Source of the DNA: Basidiobolus meristosporus CBS 931.73
Lineage: Eukaryota; Fungi; Basidiobolomycota
DNA: 64,000 bases
NCBI GenBank assembly: GCA_002104905.1
Contig: MCFE01000097.1
Span: 108,650-172,649 of the forward strand
Direction of reading: 5' to 3'
The notes below the pieces were generated by a model. The model was given only the letters and a program-made list of their open reading frames with translations. It was not told where the DNA came from and did not search any database. The number at the start of each line of letters is the position of its first letter. The first letter of the stretch is position 1. Shown piece after piece: positions 61,140 to 64,000 of the stretch. A program made the translations under genes and the position numbers.

Positions 61140-62648
61140 TCAGGCAGAGATTGTAGCTTCTTCAGAGGCAGCATTGACAATGTGACCTGCAGAGTCCCAG
61201 AGCTCTTCAAATGGTGCATCACTTAAGTCAGCAAGGAGGGAAATGGCATGGTTCTTGAGGAAGTATGCCACATCATAGGAGGGGGCTTGTCTCTTGATGG
61301 CAGCAAAGAAAGACAGAATGGCAACATGGGCTGGAGGCTTGTTGAACAGTAGAGAGTCAGAGGATTCAGATTCTTCAGGCACTATCTTGAAGTCAGTTTT
61401 CAGCCAGTTAAGGTTCTTTGCCACAAAGGCAACAAATGGGTCAGCAATGTTTTGGTCTAGGATAACCTCCAGAATCTTCCCTTTTCTCCAGGCCAGGTTG
61501 ACAATTCTTGAGAGCTGAATATTGCATGCCTTGAGTGCTTTCCTGATGTTGGAGATGGGAGTCCAGGGAACTTGCTTCAAGTACACCACAGTCCAGGCAG
61601 AAGCTGGAGGTAGGTTTGCTGGGGGCTTGTAAGTCCTTCTGTGTGGCAATGGAGCTGCAGTAGTCAGATTGGAGTCCACATTCTCAGTAGAGGGTTTTCT
61701 TGATGTGTCTTGCTGAATGGTACTGGAGCTGGATGTGCTGATAATTCTTGCTAGAACCTTGCCTGCATAAGTCTGAGGTATAGCTGAGGTGACTGTAGAG
61801 GTGGTGGCAGCTGGTGCAGGTGGAGAGGCAGAAACTGAAGCAGGAACTGAGGTCACTTGGGAGAAGGCAGTAGCAGCAGGTTTTCTGGGAGGAACAGAGT
61901 TCACTATCCAGCTGTTCTGTAAAACACTGGAGTAGCTTTTCTGTGGAACAGGATCTTGCTCTTGAACAGGAACAGAAGCAGGAGGCTGTGGCTGGGCAGT
62001 AGTGGTAAGGCAGTGGCACTCCAAGGAAGCTTTTTGCAAGGCATCTCTGGCAGTTTTCAAGGCAGTATTGGCTTCATTCTTGAGCTTCTTGCATTGGGCA
62101 TCCAGTCTCTTGTTTTCAATAGCCAGGGCAGTATTGGCAGCCTCTAAATCAGCAATTCTCTTCTCAATTGCAAGGAATCTCTGAAGAAATGCATCAGTAG
62201 CAGTGCTGGCATCTGGGAGAGCAGTGGCAGGAATAGACTCCATTGACAGTGGGCTTCTTGGAGGCAAGGAAAGTGGACTGGCAGATTCAGGCACAAAAGG
62301 AGATATCCTGGCAGGAGGAGAAGGAGTATCCAAGGCAGTAACAGAGGCAATTCTTGTTGGTGAAGCAGCAGCAGGGGAGGCAAGCCTGTTCAGAAACTGG
62401 ACAGGAGAGAGTGCTTGAGGAGAGGGAGTCTTCAGCTTGCCAAGCATGTCTTCCATCAGAGTGATACCAATATTCCTGGTGCATTTGCAGAGAAAAGTAA
62501 GCTTCCTAAGTCTGCCAGCTCTTCCATTTCTTCTGATAGTTCCTTTGTTTCCACAGTTGGGGCAAGAAATCTTCTTGACAGACTTGTCAAAGCAATCAAG
62601 AACCTTCCTTTCAGGTGTAGTGGGCTCCTGTTGAGGTTTTGGTGGCAT
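61140..62648 (-). CDS. LINE ORF1, 502 aa (N-terminal Cys4 zinc ribbon, coiled coil, C-terminal domain shared with B1/B2)
   Basis: ATG 62648; CPNC-x21-CKC; IADLEAANTALAIENKRL; PPASAWTVVYL..PISN..RIVNL..LEVILDQ. Confidence 0.9.
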   Translation of the reverse strand: MPPKPQQEPTTPERKVLDCFDKSVKKISCPNCGNKGTIRRNGRAGRLRKLTFLCKCTRNIGITLMEDMLGKLKTPSPQALSPVQFLNRLASPAAASPTRIASVTALDTPSPPARISPFVPESASPLSLPPRSPLSMESIPATALPDASTATDAFLQRFLAIEKRIADLEAANTALAIENKRLDAQCKKLKNEANTALKTARDALQKASLECHCLTTTAQPQPPASVPVQEQDPVPQKSYSSVLQNSWIVNSVPPRKPAATAFSQVTSVPASVSASPPAPAATTSTVTSAIPQTYAGKVLARIISTSSSSTIQQDTSRKPSTENVDSNLTTAAPLPHRRTYKPPANLPPASAWTVVYLKQVPWTPISNIRKALKACNIQLSRIVNLAWRKGKILEVILDQNIADPFVAFVAKNLNWLKTDFKIVPEESESSDSLLFNKPPAHVAILSFFAAIKRQAPSYDVAYFLKNHAISLLADLSDAPFEELWDSAGHIVNAASEEATISA

Positions 62649-62717
62649 ATCCAGAGTTTCAGCTTCAAATTTAAATTTTTGAGATTTTTGGGTGATTTTT
62701 GATGGGCGGGATCAAAA

Positions 62718-62911
62718 TTAGGGTTAGGGTTGCGCGCTGTGACTGCTTTTTACGATCGCAAGGTCAGAACCTAGGAAAAAATAAAAATAGTTAGTAAAGG
62801 TGATTTAATGGATGGATGGATGGATTCGGAGTCAGATTCAATCAAAAAATCAAATCGTTGACTAATTTAAAGAGGAAAAAATAAAAATAGTTAGTAAAGG
62901 GTTTAGGGTTA
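62718..62911. promoter_or_regulatory. Putative promoter/5' segment: TTAGGGTTAGGGTT, CpG cluster, 28-bp direct repeat at 100-bp spacing
   Basis: AGGAAAAAATAAAAATAGTTAGTAAAGG at 62773-62800 and 62873-62900; the only CpG-rich patch in the array. Confidence 0.5.
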
Positions 62912-63802
62912 GGGGGAGGGAAAGTCACCAAGGTAGGTGAAATCTTTATTTGAATGCAGACAAGTCTAACTACAAATAAAGAAGCCAGCAGGGAATAGAA
63001 GATTCCCAAAGTAAATACTAAGTTGAATATGAATAAATCTAAGCTAAAGTTAAGGCAGTATCCCAGAGTACACTGGAGTTCAGGTTCATGGGGGAGTGAA
63101 GTAGATAAGCTTGAGAGATATAATAATCTTTGAGGAAGTGGGTAACAGCAGGTGAAGAGGAGTTTTTGATAAGTGAAGTGAATCTTGAGAGCAGAGATTC
63201 CTCCAATGAGAAGGTCTTGTAAACTGGAGAATCAGGAAACTCTTTAAAGGCATGGTCAGTAGGTTCCCAGTAAAACTGGTCAGAGACATTTTGAGAGAAC
63301 TCTTTAGCAATACTTTTGTCAAGTACTACCTCCAGAGTGTGATTGTTGATAAATCTCATGTTAACAATCTTGGATAAATTGTAACCTTGTTGCTTGAGAT
63401 ACATCCTATGCTCAGATATAGGAATGAACTCCACATTGGCAAAGTAGCAGACAGTCCAGTCAGTAGCAGGAGGTAAATCAGAAGTGGCAGGAAACTTTCT
63501 TTTAGTCTTGGGAGGAGCAGCAGAATGTCTTGAGGAAGCAGGAACAGGCTTTTTGACAGCTTCAGAGTAGGAAAAGTGAGCAGGAGCAGATGATTCTTGG
63601 GGAGTCTTGTTGACAGGAACAGCTGGCAGAGAGACAATAGATTCTTGCAGATCAGAAAAGGCAGAAAACAGCTTTTGAACTTGTTTCTTGAGTAAAGCAT
63701 TTTCAGCTTCAACAAGTGCAAGCCTTTCCTCAAGGAAGGAAATCTGAAGGGAATGGAGTGAAGGCATAAGAAATAAGAAGAAGAGGGTAAGGTGGGGTGG
63801 GT
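62912..63802 (-). mobile_element. Family B2 ORF1-only element, terminal copy capped directly by the telomere
   Basis: Shared 3' module; intact 242-aa ORF; 5' UTR similar to B1 up to GGGGTGGGTGGG, then TTAGGG repeats. Confidence 0.9.
63039..63767 (-). CDS. B2 ORF1/Gag-like protein, 242 aa
   Basis: VEAENALLK, SYSEAV, PPATDWTVCYF..PISE..KIVNM..LEVVLDK; paralog of B1 and of LINE ORF1. Confidence 0.85.
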   Translation of the reverse strand: MPSLHSLQISFLEERLALVEAENALLKKQVQKLFSAFSDLQESIVSLPAVPVNKTPQESSAPAHFSYSEAVKKPVPASSRHSAAPPKTKRKFPATSDLPPATDWTVCYFANVEFIPISEHRMYLKQQGYNLSKIVNMRFINNHTLEVVLDKSIAKEFSQNVSDQFYWEPTDHAFKEFPDSPVYKTFSLEESLLSRFTSLIKNSSSPAVTHFLKDYYISQAYLLHSPMNLNSSVLWDTALTLA

Positions 63803-64000
63803 GGGTTAGGGTTAGGGTTAGGGTTAGGGTTAGGGTTAGGGTTAGGGTTAGGGTTAGGGTTAGGGTTAGGGTTAGGGTTAGGGTTAGGGTTAGGGTTAGG
63901 GTTAGGGTTAGGGTTAGGGTTAGGGTTAGGGTTAGGGTTAGGGTTAGGGTTAGGGTTAGGGTTAGGGTTAGGGTTAGGGTTAGGGTTAGGGTTAGGTTAG
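63803..64000 (+). repeat. Telomere (TTAGGG)n, ~33 units
   Basis: Repeats run to the window end with the G-rich strand 5'->3' outward; one TTAGG variant at the very end. Confidence 0.99.

Larger units (their letters stand above)
58311..62717 (-). mobile_element. Family A full-length telomere-associated non-LTR retrotransposon (ORF1 + APE-RT ORF2); 5' end may extend to ~62900
   Basis: Two intact ORFs, ~60-nt 3' UTR with no poly(A), flanked on both sides by TTAGGG-type repeats. Confidence 0.95.

Noticed and set aside
54605-62702. Many short alternative-frame ORFs within the retroelements
   Set aside because: By-products of biased composition; duplicated only because the elements are.
63797-64000. 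ORF encoding poly(GL)
   Set aside because: Translation of the TTAGGG telomere.

Overview
Right-hand chromosome end of an intron-rich fungus. The 60-70 nt introns, TTAGGG telomere and gene set suggest an early-diverging lineage (Zoopagomycota/Mucoromycota-like); this is inference. 1-40 kb: dense housekeeping genes (PAN3, a chromodomain protein, an EngB/YihA GTPase, two secreted Ser/Thr-rich proteins, a CorA Mg transporter, a five-domain nucleoside diphosphate kinase, a DENND6-like protein, Rpn13, Bud13, eIF3d, a PPR protein, an SHPRH/Irc20-like helicase). 40-54 kb: sparse, mostly intronless accessory genes (thaumatin, bacterial-type catalase-like, Ssu1/TDT transporter, small Cys-rich secreted protein). 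54.2-63.8 kb: a head-to-tail array of telomere-associated retroelements, all on the minus strand with 5' ends facing the chromosome end, separated by 1-4 TTAGGG repeats and capped by a ~200 bp (TTAGGG)n telomere. The array holds four families. A is an autonomous APE+RT LINE whose ORF1 and ORF2 are in one frame separated by a single UGA-CUA. B1 and B2 are RT-less, ORF1-only elements. C is an apparently non-coding family. All four share a covarying two-hairpin 3' module ending in a telomere-complementary C-rich tract instead of poly(A). The element bodies are almost CpG-free. The arrangement resembles Drosophila HeT-A/TART but coexists with canonical telomere repeats. Gene boundaries were read by eye and exon structures are approximate.
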